DNA from: Eledone cirrhosa
Lineage: Eukaryota
NCBI GenBank assembly: GCA_964016885.1
Contig: OZ024743.1
Location: 328,600,001 to 328,664,000, forward strand
DNA length: 64,000 bases
Reading direction: 5' to 3'
The notes below the pieces were generated by a model. That model was not told the DNA's origin. It ran no database searches and was given only the letters and a program-made list of their open reading frames with translations. This document shows, one piece after another, positions 13,378-27,325 of this stretch; position 1 is the stretch's first letter, and every line of letters begins with the position of its first letter. The position numbers were made by a program, and so were the translations under genes.

Positions 13378-14315
13378 ATGTATGTGTGTGTATATATATA
13401 GTCGCGTACGTGCGTGTGATTGGATATACATGTGCCTATATATATATATGTGCTTCGTGTGTATGTATGCGCGCCTTTGTATGTATGTACGCATGTATGT
13501 GCTTTTGTCTGTACGTATTTATATATATATGTGTACGTACGAACCTATGTTTGTTTCCTATTTTTTCTAGTGTTACTTTATAATTGATAACCCCTCCCTC
13601 TTACTTTCTCTTTGATTTAAACATTTTTTATTCTCATATATATTTTTTCATTTTTATAAATGTATCGAGCCTCAGACTGAATTACTTTGACTGATATACT
13701 CCCTTCCCTGTATATATCACTCCCATGTATGTGGTCACGCGTGTGTGTGTGTTTATACGCGTGCTTTCATACTTGTATGTGTATATATTTCAATCCTTAA
13801 TACCTGAATCTGGATGTATGTTAACTCTATTATCTTACAATTTCTTTTTCAACATATATTATATACGTATTTGTGGTCAAACATACACTGATATGCTTGC
13901 CCTCATATATGTACCTACGCACACATTTTTTCACTATACACATGCATTTGTACATACACACATATGTACATTTGTGAGTGAATATACACACATTTATACA
14001 CATACCCTAACTATATTTCCTTATTTTATTTTTATATATTTCTTCGATTACTTTTATTTATATATTTGTTTTTGCCCGTTAAACTTTTGCCTTTCTTGAG
14101 GAGATTTTTCAAATATTTCACTGTTTTAAATTGCCTTGTCCGACGAACGAATGGGGACGTTTCTTGTATTCTTCTTATTCGGGAAACCCCTGGTAATGAG
14201 GTAATTATATTGTATTGTTTATTATACATTAAATATTTAGCTCTGGTACTTACATAGAGCACTCTTCACTCCTATGACTTTTTCAATTTTCAACGGAAAC
14301 TTCAATACTTATAAA
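11870..14315 (+). mobile_element. 5'-truncated PLE (GIY-YIG remnant ~12250-12783) with a ~380-bp 5' inverted arm (11870-12251 vs 13806-14194)
   Basis: Remnant reads FNRNCIKISY, CPLQGKCNTKAIVY and YVGMTQDKFK, close to the 33119 ORF. Inverted arm visible and HHR at 14134. Confidence 0.85.
14134..14201 (+). ncRNA. Type I HHR with long stem II (core CCGACGA here, CTGACGG in the inverted copy; consensus CTGACGA)
   Basis: ccttgt-CCGACGA-acgaatggggac...cttattcgg-GAAA-cc-cct-gg-TA-atgagg. Confidence 0.65.
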
Positions 14316-14480
14316 TATATATATATGTACGTCAATATTCATCTTTTTCCATTTCTCCGAGGGTTCTTAACCCCACTATCAGGCTAAATAATTTCTTTAA
14401 TTTCTTTAGTCAAAATACGGCGATAGCTTACATTTCTAATAATTTCAAACTCACTCGCTGTTTCGAAAATATTCTTACTT

Positions 14481-14549
<69 letters not shown>

Positions 14550-14638
14550 ACACACATACACACACACACACACGCACCCACACACACACGCACCCACACA
14601 CCCACACACCCACACACCCACACACCCCCACACACACA

Positions 14639-14704
<66 letters not shown>

Positions 14705-14889
14705 TACATTTATTTTATTTTATTTTATTTTATTTTATTTTATTTTATTTTTATTTTTATTTTTATTTTTATTTTTATTTTTATTTATTTATTTATTAAA
14801 ATAACAGATTAAAGTTTGAGCAAAGAATCGGTGCTTACACCCTTAACGGGATCTATATATATATATATATATATATACTGATTGCGGAT

Positions 14890-15705
14890 TTGGTACGGGT
14901 GACGAGAAATGTGTCCCGCATGTGCAACCCCGAAGAACTAGAGAGACACATACAACACTTCATCCACCGTATGCAGTTCTCTGGCTACAATCAGAGAGAT
15001 AGAATCAGAGTGTATAGAGGAGCCAGAACCAAATGGGAAAAAATGGTAAATAATGACATAAATGGGACCTGCCCCTTGTATAGGAGCAAATTTTGGAATA
15101 GAATAGAAAGAACTAGGAACAAGGCCAATAGAATAAACTCATGGTATGATAGCAATAAATACCAGAGTGTAATGTTCATCAATACAACCCCTAGAGGCGA
15201 ACTAGCCTACAAATTTAGAAGGGCCTTAAATAAACATAAACTCAATATTAAGATAGTAGAAAGACCAGGTACCTCCGTAAAAACACTTATTAGCAAGACA
15301 TACCCGTTCCAAAGACCCTCATGTATAGATAAGAAATGTATAACCTGTAAAATAAGCCCCCATATTAACTGTAAAACTAGAAATGTGGTGTATAGCATAA
15401 AATGTACTGAAGGACAATGTAGAAACAAAAATATAGTGTACATAGGTGAGACAGCTCGTAGTATAGGGGAACGAATAAATGAACACTGGCGAGACCTTCA
15501 AGATAATAAAGAATCATCTGTGCTCTACCAACATGCTAAGATAGAACACAGGGGTAGATTAGAGAACATAGAAATAAAAATAGAATCCACACACAGAAAA
15601 GATGCAATGTTTAGGCAAATTACAGAGGCAGTAAGCATAAAAGAATTACAACCAAAATTAAATAGAAAATATGAGTGGAACAGCAACATCACAACTTACA
15701 ATTAA
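14890..15705 (+). CDS. C-terminal fragment of a PLE protein (thumb, Cys-rich linker, GIY-YIG with CCHH), Neptune/Nematis-like
   Basis: SCIDKKCITC, CKTRNVVYSIKC...C...YIGETARSIGERINEH...HAKIEH...EAVSIKELQPKLN. Followed by an HHR-bearing 3' UTR to ~16145. Confidence 0.85.
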   Translation: MVRVTRNVSRMCNPEELERHIQHFIHRMQFSGYNQRDRIRVYRGARTKWEKMVNNDINGTCPLYRSKFWNRIERTRNKANRINSWYDSNKYQSVMFINTTPRGELAYKFRRALNKHKLNIKIVERPGTSVKTLISKTYPFQRPSCIDKKCITCKISPHINCKTRNVVYSIKCTEGQCRNKNIVYIGETARSIGERINEHWRDLQDNKESSVLYQHAKIEHRGRLENIEIKIESTHRKDAMFRQITEAVSIKELQPKLNRKYEWNSNITTYN

Positions 15706-15935
15706 GGACAAAATGAAAACACACACAGGACAAAATGAAAACACACACACACATAGAACAAACAACCAACCAACAATAAATAAATAAATAAATAAACAAA
15801 TAGATAAATGAACACAAACACACACAGACACCCGGATGTGGCGCATGCGCAAACTGAGCACACAACACACACACAGAAACAAAATGGCGTAGGATAGAAG
15901 AAAGGAAAGGCACAGAAACAAAGAAAGGAATCCCC

Positions 15936-15980
15936 AGTCACTGAAGAGGTCACAGAGTGTGTGACGAAAGGACTATGACT
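15936..15980 (+). ncRNA. Minimal type I HHR in PLE 3' UTR
   Basis: agtca-CTGAAGA-g-gtcac-agagtgt-gtgac-GAAA-ggac-TA-tgact. Confidence 0.9.
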
Positions 15981-16138
15981 ATATATAAACAACTATCTGG
16001 TTGTGGAACCAACCAACCAACCAGAAATTTATAAGTTTGTAGATTTGTAAATTTATAAATTTATAAATATATAATAAATTGAAGTGAAAGCAACTGGTGC
16101 GTGTGTTTCTTATTGGCAACATGACCCTCCCAAAGTAT

Positions 16139-16223
<85 letters not shown>

Positions 16224-16535
16224 TATATATATATGCATATATATGTATATATATTCATATATACATAAACGGAAAAAATGAAACGAAATTTCATTTCTCA
16301 CTCTTAGTACGGCTGGTACTTAAATATAAGTATGTATACGCACATACATATATGTATACAGACATACAGTAGTATGTATACATATATATACATACATGCA
16401 CACATATATATATGTACGTATGGATTCACCGAACATTTATTATAATGCTTGGTGTGTTTGTAAACAAACATCCCGAATTAAGCCGTACAGTGTCTAGCAA
16501 CCATCGTTGCTCATTTGTTCAACACTGACAAAGGA

Positions 16536-16578
16536 ACGCTGTACTAGTTTCAAGCTTATTAGCTATCGTCAGCAACGT
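16536..16578 (-). ncRNA. Minimal type I HHR
   Basis: acgttg-CTGACGA-t-agct-aata-agct-t-GAAA-ctag-TA-cagcgt. Confidence 0.9.
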
Positions 16579-16607
16579 ATACCTTCCTGCCAGATGATTG
16601 AACGTCT

Positions 16608-16662
16608 GAAAGTATATACTTTCCTCATGCATATTATCGGCTGAGCAGCCTAATTTGCATAT
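16608..16662 (-). promoter_or_regulatory. Candidate snRNA-like promoter: octamer (16653-16660) and palindromic GAAAGTATATACTTTC
   Basis: Both motifs are conserved in the diverged copy at 28658-28711. Confidence 0.5.
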
Positions 16663-16966
16663 CGAGTGAGTTAATCGGCCGGGGTACCGAAAACGATAAA
16701 CGGAAAAAATGAAACGAAATTTAATTTCTCACTCTTAGTACGGCTGTTACTTAAATATAAGTATGTATACGCGCATACATATATGTATACAGACATACAG
16801 TAGTATGTATACATATATATACATACATGCACACATATATATATGTACGTATGGATTCACCGAACATTTATTATAATGCTCGGTGTGTTTGTAAACAAAC
16901 ATCCCGAATTAAGCCGTACAGTGTTTAGCAACCATCGTTGCTCTTTTGTTCAACACTGACAAAGGA

Positions 16967-17009
16967 ACGCTGTACTAGTTTCAAGCTTATTAGCTATCGT
17001 CAGCAACGT
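16967..17009 (-). ncRNA. Minimal type I HHR (second tandem copy)
   Basis: Identical to 16536-16578, 431 bp away. Confidence 0.9.
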
Positions 17010-17224
17010 ATACCTTCCTGCCAGATGATTGAACGTCTGTTGCGAGACACTGTACGATGGTTGCTAAACACTGTACGGCTTAATACGGGATGTTTGTTTA
17101 CAAACACACCGAGCATTATAATAAATGTTCGGTGAATCCATACGTACATATATATATGTGTGCATGTATGTATATATACATACTACTGTATGTCTGTATA
17201 CATATATGTATGTGCGTATACATA

Positions 17225-17427
<203 letters not shown>

Positions 17428-18559
17428 GCATATATATATGCATATATATATATATGTGTGTGTGTGTGTATGTACGTATACATATATATGTGTGCGTATG
17501 TGTGTATACATTGAGAGTGTAGTGGTGCCAAGAGTGTGAATCGACACACACACACAAGTAAAGTGTCAAACAGATCGCCATCATCACCCGTTCCCCACCC
17601 CTATCTCTCCCCTCTCCTCCCCACCCCGGTCTCTCTCCTCCCCTCCCCACATCTGTCTCACATGCCACACATTCCGAAAAAGATCTGTTACTGTTGAGGA
17701 AGGAAGAAAAGAAGGCAGTCAAGTTACAACACTCTCACACACACACACACACACAGGCACACACTTGCACACACACATGCATACACACACATACCCACAC
17801 ACATGCACACACACACAAACTCTCACACACAGACACACACACATATGCACACACGCTTCCAAACACATGCACACGCACACGCACACACACAGACACACAC
17901 ATACACACACACACAAACTCACACATACAGATACACATACATGCACACACACACGCACACACACACACACACACACTCACACACACACAGACACACACAC
18001 ATGCACACACTCACATATACACACACTCTCTCGCAGACAATCACATATAGACACATACATTATGCATACATATAAATACACATATATACATACATATACA
18101 CACATACTTATTTATACATATAAATACACACATACGAGTATACACATACATACATACATACATACATACATACATACATACATACATACATACATAATGC
18201 ATACATACGCATACATACATATGCACACACGTATGCACACACAAGCACACATACACGCATACATATACATATATATGTATATATGCACGCACATATATAC
18301 ATACATATATATAAATAAGCATATATATACATGCGCCTATATACACACATATACATACATACACACACACCTAGACACTCGTACAAACTCTTGCTCACAC
18401 ATAGACATGCATACATACACATACACTCGCATACACCAATACATGCATACATACATATTCACACACCTACATATAGATAGATATACACATATCCACACAT
18501 ATACACACATGTTCCGTTGATTGAACAAGTGGGACATGCTCGTTGCTGCAGATGGGGTC

Positions 18560-18725
18560 CGCTATCTAAGGTGGGTAAAATTCCCGAGATCCACGGACGA
18601 GTTCTCTCCAGCGGTCTCTGTCCCTCATTATCGCTGCCATGTCCTGCGTCTCCAACAGACCAATGTCTGTCCTTAGGGCATCAACATATGTTAACTTCGG
18701 TCTTCCTCTTCCAGTGTGTCCATGC
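18560..18725 (-). pseudogene. RTE-clade LINE 3' remnant
   Basis: Reverse complement of 22450-22610, which encodes RGRPKLTYVDALRTD...DRDRWR. Confidence 0.75.
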
Positions 18726-18735
18726 ATATATATAT

Positions 18736-18792
<57 letters not shown>

Positions 18793-18947
18793 CGTGCGTG
18801 TGTGCGTGTGTGCGTGTGTGTATAAATCATCAAGGACTTAAAGTTCTCCATTGAAGTTAACAGGGTATTACAAGGACTAATATAAAAAAATGACTGTGAA
18901 ACATTGGATTTACTAAAGCATACCAACACCAGTGAAGACATTCTTTT

Positions 18948-18997
<50 letters not shown>

Positions 18998-19002
<5 letters not shown>

Positions 19003-19272
19003 TACACGGGTGTGTATGATTGTGTATAAAAGATCATATTAATAAAAGGAATTCCAACTTTGTCTGATTTACTCGTTTTATTTACAATCCTTTAAAATTA
19101 TAATTATATTATAATGAAATAGTATGGTAGAATATTAAATGTTAAGTGTTAATTGAACAAGTACTTTCATGCTTTCGCAATCTTCAGGTTCATAATGTGT
19201 GGTGACAGTCAAGTTTGCAATTTTCAATTGTTGAAAATTGCAAACTTGACTGTCACCACTGAATATGAACCT
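18998..19272 (-). mobile_element. Short PLE pseudo-LTR remnant with an HHR and a perfect 61-bp palindrome (19199-19259) at its 5' end
   Basis: Palindrome with 29-bp arms seen directly. Terminal ~85 bp recur alone at ~1051-1137. Confidence 0.7.
19154..19192 (-). ncRNA. Minimal type I HHR
   Basis: tgaac-CTGAAGA-t-tgc-gaaa-gca-t-GAAA-gtac-TT-gttca. Confidence 0.85.
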
Positions 19273-19684
19273 TTATATTTTACCTTATTCTTACTTTTAT
19301 ACCTTATTATAGTGTAATCTTCCCCATGCCTTATTATACACTATTAATTATAGATTATTATTATTACTCTTTTTCCATTTTTAATTACCTCATGTACCTT
19401 CTCCTCCGTTATATATATATATATATATTGTATGCCCTTTGTGTTTGTGTAGCCTCTGCACACCCTCTGCACCATACTATCGACGCCACCCCATCTATGG
19501 TTCAGCTAACCACTCGACTCCCGGGAATGAATATGACCGCAGCTAATAAACAAGGACCCACACCCCACCCTCCCGCACCAAAATTAGACTTATCGTCCCC
19601 TACTTTTGCTCTTTACTCTCTTTACTCTTTGTTCTTGAATGTTTGGTTGGTAGAGTCCATAACACCAATCAAACCCCTTTTATA

Positions 19685-19729
19685 GCTCTGACGAATCCTA
19701 CGGTTATGTAAGGAAGAAACATTGTAAGC
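19685..19729 (+). ncRNA. Type I HHR in a further PLE 3' UTR remnant (~19275-19875)
   Basis: gct-CTGACGA-atcctac-ggttat-gtaagga-a-GAAA-cattg-TA-agc, followed by a GCTCT..AGAGC hairpin and (TA)n. Confidence 0.7.
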
Positions 19730-19871
19730 CAATAAAAATCTTTTGATGTTGTAGACGCTCTTGTGTTCTTTTTCATATATACGGCTCTGCTCCAAAGCAT
19801 AGAGCTAATTATTATGCTGCCAATACCTTAATGGGACACGGGTATACAATACCTAACTCCTATTAACCTAA

Positions 19872-19926
<55 letters not shown>

Positions 19927-19931
<5 letters not shown>

Positions 19932-22180
19932 TTCACAAGAATCAAAGCTATGTTCAAAGCATTTATTCACTTACAATTGTTTCATCCAAACCTAGGCTTG
20001 GAGTCTTCGGGGCATCTTTCAATGTTTGTACAAATAATTGACCTCCTATCCAACGCAAGAGACATACAGATACATATATATATATTGATGTACAGTGGAG
20101 TGACATATATTATACTATACTATATAAACCTGCTTAGTCAAGGACATCATCTACTCATGCACGGTCAGAACTAGCAACTCTTCAGAAACCTATATAGGCT
20201 GTACTTCGAACTGCTTCAAAACCAGATACAATTCACATCTTCATTCTTTCAAAAAACACAGTCTAGCCATCTCCACTTCACTATCTACCTACATACACTA
20301 TCTGAAAACTAGAAATAGATCACATACACTTCAATGGGAAGTGATAGGTAAGGTGGCATCGTACAGACCACCTAATAAATTCTGTAACCTCTGTCTATTA
20401 GAGACCCATACTATAATCTAATCTTCTCGAACCTTAACCTCCTTAATAAAAAACGGAAGTGTTTGCGTCGTGCCAGCACCGCTTCTGGTACTCCTTTCAA
20501 AACTTTAAACCCAAAATATAACAATGTCAGACTTGAACCCATCACCGCTTCTAACACCACACCTCAAGGGCATGCCTTACACCACTTCCTTACACTCTCT
20601 GATCCAATCTTCCCTCGACACAAATCATTCTATCTATCTATAACTTTATACCCTAGAAATATCCCCATAAACACCAACTTTTAATATAATTACTTTCAAT
20701 TACTTATAATAGTGATATAATACAGTCTATATAAACTTTAAATACTAGATACGGCAGTGAATTATATATGCAATTGTAATTAAATGTATGGAGTAATAAC
20801 ATTAGATATATATAGGATTAATTTATTAACATAAGGGATCTGTATGTAGGGTGGTGCAATGAATTATATATGAATTATATATGCATGTATAACTTGATGG
20901 ATAGATTAATGACATTATAAATGAGGGATGTATTTGTCTGCCCTAGAGGTGTATTTGGTTTTGTCATGCAAACAGCCATATGCTGCTCTATAACTTACCA
21001 GGGGATATGTAGACAACATTCTAATAGGTCCTCTGATGTGTTTTGAGAGTAGACTGTATTTACAGTGAACTTTGATATAAAGATATGGTACTTTGTATGG
21101 AAAATTCAATTATAGCACTATATAATAAAGAGTAATCAACTTCCTATAGATACCTTTAATACATTATGATAGAGTAGACTGTATTTAAAATTGAAAATTA
21201 GATATAAATATATAACCTTTTATTGAGGCACCATATAATGTATGTTAGAACAATGAATTTAGTTATGAGAATCAGCTAGTTACCTCCCCTTACGCATTAA
21301 CTCCCCTTAGTTACACACCTACTTCCGGGTAATAAACCACTGTAAATTCTCGCAGCAGAAAGAACCTATTCTATAAATATGGATTAAATAACACTGAGCC
21401 TCAATACGCTACAATAATTTAATGCATCAAACATTCAATACGGAATCATCGTAACTTATGTGATGGATGTAAAAACTATGTCTTTCTTTTTCTGATGTGA
21501 AAATGGTGGTGGATGCGAAAATTATAACTTTCTTTTTCTTTTTCTTTCTCTTTTTCTGCACACATACTTTTTTGATCTGTACTAAAAATACCCTACCACT
21601 ACAACCACCATAATACTCTTGCTTACCCGCTTAAAGTGCTTGCATTACATGTAACAACTTGCCACACAATAATCGTATATAAATGAGACACACTTGCATG
21701 CTCCATGTGTAACTAACGCATACACTACCTACTAGATCTGATTATCAAACTATCCTCTTGCATTATCTGTGTTATCTGCCGAATGTATTTTTATTTTTAT
21801 TTTTATTTTGATTTTGATCTTGAATTTGAATTGCTGTACAAATATAGTATAGTATAATATATGTCACTCCACTGTACATCAATATATATATATATATGTA
21901 TCTGTATGTCTCTTGCGTTGGATAGGGGGTCAATTATTTGTACAAACATTGAAAAATGCTCCGAAGAAACCAAGCCTAGGTTTGGATGAAACAATTGTAA
22001 GTGAATAAATGCTTTAAACATAGCTTTGATTCTTGTGAATTCTATATAACTGCTCTGTAGAACAACTGATGTTATTACATTGAGCTATTTATCTTAATGG
22101 TAATAAGGTAGTAATAAATTACTGACCTTCCCTGTTTATGGTTTAAAATATACACAACTATAAATAGTATCCTTAATATT
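19927..22180 (+). mobile_element. 5'-truncated PLE (GIY-YIG remnant ~20160-20490, long 3' UTR) with 5' inverted arm 19927-20122
   Basis: YIGCTSNCFKTR...LQWEVIGKVASYRPPNKFCNLCLLE. Collinear with the opposite-strand copy at 40305-43080. Confidence 0.85.
21957..22003 (+). ncRNA. HHR variant (core CCGAAGA); copies at 19968-20014(-), 40510-40556(-), 42994-43040(+)
   Basis: tgct-CCGAAGA-aa-ccaagc-ctag-gtttgg-at-GAAA-caattg-TA-agtg. Confidence 0.65.
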
Positions 22181-22183
22181 ATA

Positions 22184-22290
<107 letters not shown>

Positions 22291-22449
22291 ATATGTATAT
22301 ATAGCTGTCGAAACGGCCGGAGCTCACCCGTTGGGGTCCTGACTCCTTCCCTATGTATATATAAGTTAAAACAAAAACAAAAACAATAACGAAGAGTGCA
22401 GTACAAAGTATTGGCGATTTATACACACACGCACACGTATATATATATG

Positions 22450-22610
22450 CATGGACACACTGGAAGAGGAAGACCGAAGTTAACATATGTTGATGCCCTA
22501 AGGACAGACATTGGTCTGTTGGAGACGCAGGACATGGCAGCGATAATGAGGGACAGAGACCGTTGGAGAGAACTCGTCTGTGGATCTCGGGAATTTTACC
22601 CGCCTTAGAT
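22450..22610 (+). pseudogene. RTE-clade LINE 3' remnant
   Basis: HGHTGRGRPKLTYVDALRTDIG...MRDRDRWRELV is a typical RTE C-terminus. Confidence 0.8.
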
Positions 22611-23563
22611 AGATATACGACACTGCTTATTCAACGACCGACTGGCGGACCCCATCTGCAGCAACGAGCAATGTCCCACTTGTTCAATCAACGGAACATG
22701 TGTGTATATCTATCTATATGTAGGTGTGTGAATATGTATGTATGCATGTATTGGTGTATGCGAGTGTATGTGTATGTATGCATGTCTACATGTGTACGAG
22801 TGTCTAGGTGTGTGTATATGTATATGTGTCTAGGTGTGTGTATATCTATATGTGTGTATATAGGTGCATGTATATATATGCTTATTCATATATATGTAAG
22901 TATATATGAGCGTGCATATGTATGTATATATGTATATGTATGTGTGTATATGTTCATGTGTGTGCATACTTGCGTGCATATGTATGCATGTATATGTATA
23001 CGTGTGTGAGAATGTATTGAATGTAGTATATGCACAACTATATACATATGGAGACAACACATGCAGACAGACGCACAAAACTCACCACACATATACACAC
23101 ATTCACACATATACACACATATACACACATATACACATATACACATATACACATATACACAGTGTTACTATTACATAGCTGTTACGCATTCTAAACAGCT
23201 CAAGTAATGTAAACCTTGACACAAATCTGCGAGTGTCAACGGATTTAAAGTCAAAGAATAAAGATTATTATTGTTCTAACAGTAAATTCTTGTTCCTTTA
23301 CACCAGAAAAGTCTAAACTTCTTTTACTTCCGGCACACTTTACACCAAGTAAATATATATTTTGGCGCACTTTAGGGCAAACAAATATAGTTCTTGGCAC
23401 ATTTTAGGGCAAATAACAGTTTTGGTGTGTTTTGTTTAAATAAATATATTTTGGCGCAGTTTAGAGTAAAAGAAAATGTTTAGTGTACTTTAAGCATAAA
23501 GTTAAAATGTATTTAAAATAGTATTAATATATATTTTATTATAAATGTTTTTTTAGTCTACAG

Positions 23564-23781
23564 ACGAGCGGTTGCTGAAAAGTTCCTGACTTTGGGTAAA
23601 AGAAAATACAGGAGGATCAGTTAATTATGATGTTATTCTACATATTCCCCTCTCAGATTTACACACTAATTGCAGCAGTCCTTCAGTTTTTCTAAGCCCT
23701 GTAGAAAGAACTCTGAAGGTTGGACCTAACCATGTCTCTGTAGCAGCGATTAAGCCAGGAACTTGTCAGCGCCCCTTCGTA
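23564..23781. mobile_element. Mariner-type MITE
   Basis: TIRs acgagcggttgctgaaaagttcctgactt / aagccaggaacttgtcagcgccccttcgta. Confidence 0.75.
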
Positions 23782-24027
23782 AATGAAAATAAATTAAACT
23801 GAAGAAAATCGTTAAGGGGTTATTTCTTTATTCAATGACTAAAGTATAGTTATTTCTCTAATTAGTCAAAGAGGGAAGTGCAGCGCTCAAGACTGGTCTC
23901 CATGACTGGAGAAGTGGAAGTATCCTCAAGACGAAGACATTTCTGTAGGTGTCTTCAGCAGAGTGGATTCTGCTGATAACATCTAAGGACTGTATCTAAA
24001 GACTAAGTCTGAAGTCTGTTTCAAACC

Positions 24028-24261
24028 AGGAGGCTCATCAGGCCAGTGCTTATCCCGGTTTCGTGGCGTGAAGCAACTGAGAGTACAAGACTTCCCCTGG
24101 ACAGGACGCCAGCTATTGCTGGTACTCATTTTTAGCTGACTATATGGAGCAACGTGAAATGAAGTGTTTTACTCCAGAACACAACATGCAAGCCAGCCCA
24201 GAAATCGAACCCACAATATTATGATCGTAAGTCCAACACCCTTACCGCTAGGCCACGTGTC
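24028..24261 (-). mobile_element. tRNA-derived SINE (family B, CORE-like central domain)
   Basis: A box tggcctagcgg, B box ggttcgatt, then tgtgttc..gag.aa..cacttcatttcacgttgctcca. Homologs at 26998, 34745, 43958. Confidence 0.75.
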
Positions 24262-24440
24262 TTCATAAGGACCATATGGTGGTGTTAAATCGGACGATGG
24301 ATTAAACCTACTAGATTTTATATTTAGAATGTCAGTAGATATATTGATATTTTTACAACATGGTCACGATGTTTCAGTAAAGCTTCCATAGAGAAGAATT
24401 TCGTTGTATTTTCCACAAACTTAAAATATGATTTTATTAT

Positions 24441-24572
24441 CCCGCGAGGTTAGCTTTGCCTTTCAACCTTACGGGATCGATAAAATAAAATACCAGAAAT
24501 GCACTGGAGTTGATTTAATCGACTTTCCCCTCCCCCAGAAATTACTGGCCTTGTGCCTAAAGTAGAAATTAT
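24441..24572 (+). mobile_element. SINE family A fragment
   Basis: gaggttagctttgcctttca..gatcgataaaataaaataccag...ggccttgtgcctaaagtagaaa. Confidence 0.7.
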
Positions 24573-24974
24573 TATTTTTGCGGCATCCCTAGCTAAATCT
24601 CGCCCCACTGTGCACCGTTTAGGGAACCACACACAGGCTTATATAATGTGTTATTGAAATATTTATGATGAACAAAGAAATGTGGTGGAGGTTACCACAA
24701 TGTTTACGGATACATAAGAAATATATTTATTCAATATATTAAGTACGAAAGGCTGAAAGACAAAGTTAACTTTGATTTAATCTGAAAAACACAGTAAGGC
24801 AGAACAAATATATTTTATAATCCGACGCCTGAACGACTCTACCAATTCACTCTCTTCAATAATAATTAATTAAATAAAAGGATTAATTATCATAAGACCC
24901 CTGACAATATTCTAAGGTTAACGACTGAGATTTAATTGAATATATAATGTAGAGCTATATATTGTTTTTATGAA

Positions 24975-25255
24975 CCTAAGGACCAGGTAGTGGTTGTGTT
25001 AAATGGTCTGGCCTTTGTTATGTCTGTCACCATGGACTTTAAAGGTACCCAAGGACCAGGTGAGGGTTTTGTTAATCCATTTTGCCTTTGTTATGTCTAC
25101 CAGCGTTGACCTTGCAAAAGGTACGGAAGCACCAGGTGGTACTTGTATTAAATCGCCTGGTCTTTGGTAAGTCTACCCCTATGGGCCCTGCTAAAAGTAC
25201 CCAAGGACCAGGTGATAGTTATATTAAATTGTGTGGCCTTCGTTATGTCTACAAA
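24975..25255. repeat. Diverged minisatellite, ~75-bp unit, ~4 copies
   Basis: Recurring aaggaccaggt...ttaaat...ggcctttgttatgtct. Confidence 0.65.
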
Positions 25256-25576
25256 CCAGAAATGTTTGAAATAGACAAGATATTTACTTTTGGAAAGAAT
25301 GTCATCATATGTTTGGGTTTAAAAATATAAACCAGAATGTTAAAGACTTAAATTATATTGATGTCAATCTAAATATTTGAACCTTGCAGACAGCGGTTCC
25401 GTATTTATTTCTTATTAGCAACAGTGGCGGTATTTGATGATATTACGTTAAATATTCAGCGTGGCGTTATGTGAACATTTTATTTTTATTTGGTTAAACA
25501 CAGAAAAAAAGAGAGCAGTATTGGAAAAGAACTATAAATGCCATAAATGAGAGGAAAAGGAGGGGGAATACAAGGA

Positions 25577-25831
25577 CTACTTGACAAAGGAAGAAAGAAA
25601 GGGAGAAGGAGAGAGTGTGACAGACTCTACACCTAGGACAGAGGCGGTGTTTCGGCTGCGCCCCGTGGACAAAATGACAAGGTATTTCAGCGGACGATGA
25701 CCAGCGTCACACGCTGCAACAGGGTTCCCCCTCAAACGGGCTGATATCGATCCAATTTTATAGAGGAGGTCAGCTGTGAGGACGCCTGAGGTCTCGACGG
25801 CGACCACTGCAAAGAGGAAGCGGCCGGTCAA
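25577..25831 (-). pseudogene. CRE-clade LINE C-terminal remnant
   Basis: FAVVAVETSGV...IG...G.P...RNTASVLG resembles the CRE RLE tail. Confidence 0.5.
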
Positions 25832-25869
25832 GCTCCAATATTTACGTTAGATATACATCAACCTTAGAT

Positions 25870-26220
25870 CAGCACATGGCTGAATGGTTAAGAAGTTCAT
25901 GTTGTAATCATTAGGTTCCGAGTTCGATCTCACAAGTAGCATCTCGGGCAAGTGTTTTTACTGCAGCATTTGGTCGACCCATGACTTGTAAGTGAAATCT
26001 GGTAGACAGAAATTGTTTGGAAGCCTGTTGGATGAACTGTACCTGTAATTTCAAATGACCAGTCTTGTCATACATACTGTGTCGCGCTGAATCTTCCTGA
26101 TAATTACATTTAGGGTACACGTGTCATTGGAATGTTCGGCTACTTGCACTTTAATTTCAAGAGCAGGCTGTTTCGTCGATCGAACAACTGTAATACTCAT
26201 AGTCGAAACCGACCGAGGCC
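25870..26220 (+). mobile_element. tRNA-derived SINE (CORE-like)
   Basis: tggctgaatggttaag A box, gagttcgatc B box, gggcaagtgtttt core. Confidence 0.6.
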
Positions 26221-26508
26221 CATTCCTTTAATCTTACGTCAAATCTTACATTCAGTCAAGCATGTCTTTTGAATCTGACAGGCTTCGATTGTCTCAGAAA
26301 TTGAGAAGTTCGCTTCACAATCATCTGATCTTTTTACACAGCACCATGGGTAAATGTCTTCTCTAGCTTGAGATTCAACAAAGAGTTGCTTGCACGCACG
26401 CATCAGCCTGCAGCCCCCTGCCTCATAGCCATCCGCTGTATGCACGGGTACGGACAAAAGCAAGATGGTGTAGGACAGAACAAAGGAGAGACACAAAATA
26501 AAAACCTA

Positions 26509-26551
26509 GTCACTGAGGAGGTCACAGAATGAGTGACGAAAGAGCTTTGAC
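26509..26551 (+). ncRNA. Minimal type I HHR in a solo pseudo-LTR (~26445-26690) homologous to 15870-16145
   Basis: gtca-CTGAGGA-g-gtcac-agaatga-gtgac-GAAA-gagc-TT-tgac. Confidence 0.85.
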
Positions 26552-26886
26552 AATATATAAACAACCTTCCGGTAATCGAACCGTCCAACCAGCCAACCAA
26601 CCGGAAATTTATAATGAATTAAAGTGAAAATCTGAAGGTGCGTGTGTTTTTATTGGCAGCATGACCCTCCCAAAGTATAACAATATATATATGTATATAA
26701 ATACAAAAAGTGAGCAGAAATAACAAAGTAAACGACACAGTACAACGAAGAAATATATAATTAATTTTACGCTTGATATAGTAGGAAGGAGTCTTAACGT
26801 TTGGAACGTTAGTCTTTCATCAGAAAATAGAAAGAGAAATTAAAGAAGAAATAGAAATAGAAGACGGGTAGTGGTGGACACGGACT

Positions 26887-26979
<93 letters not shown>

Positions 26980-26997
26980 TTATATAATATATATATA

Positions 26998-27249
26998 TCA
27001 CCTTGATCACCTTCACCGACCAGTCTGTCGGGCGCCAATCGGCGCTGCTGGTCACAGTACGTTGTGCTGTTTTAGCCATAAGATAACGCCATCCCACTGG
27101 CTGGGCGAGAAGGCCGGTACTCATTTCTACAGCTGAGTAAACTGGAGCAACGTGAAATAAAGTGCCTTGCTCAAGGAAACAGCACATCACTCGGTCCGAG
27201 AATTGATCGATTGCAAGCCCAATGCTCTAACCACTAAGCCATGCGCCTT
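26998..27249 (-). mobile_element. SINE family B
   Basis: tggcttagtggttagagc A box and family-B core. Confidence 0.7.
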
Positions 27250-27255
27250 CACTAT

Positions 27256-27292
<37 letters not shown>

Positions 27293-27325
27293 TATTTATA
27301 TATATATATATATTTATATATATAT

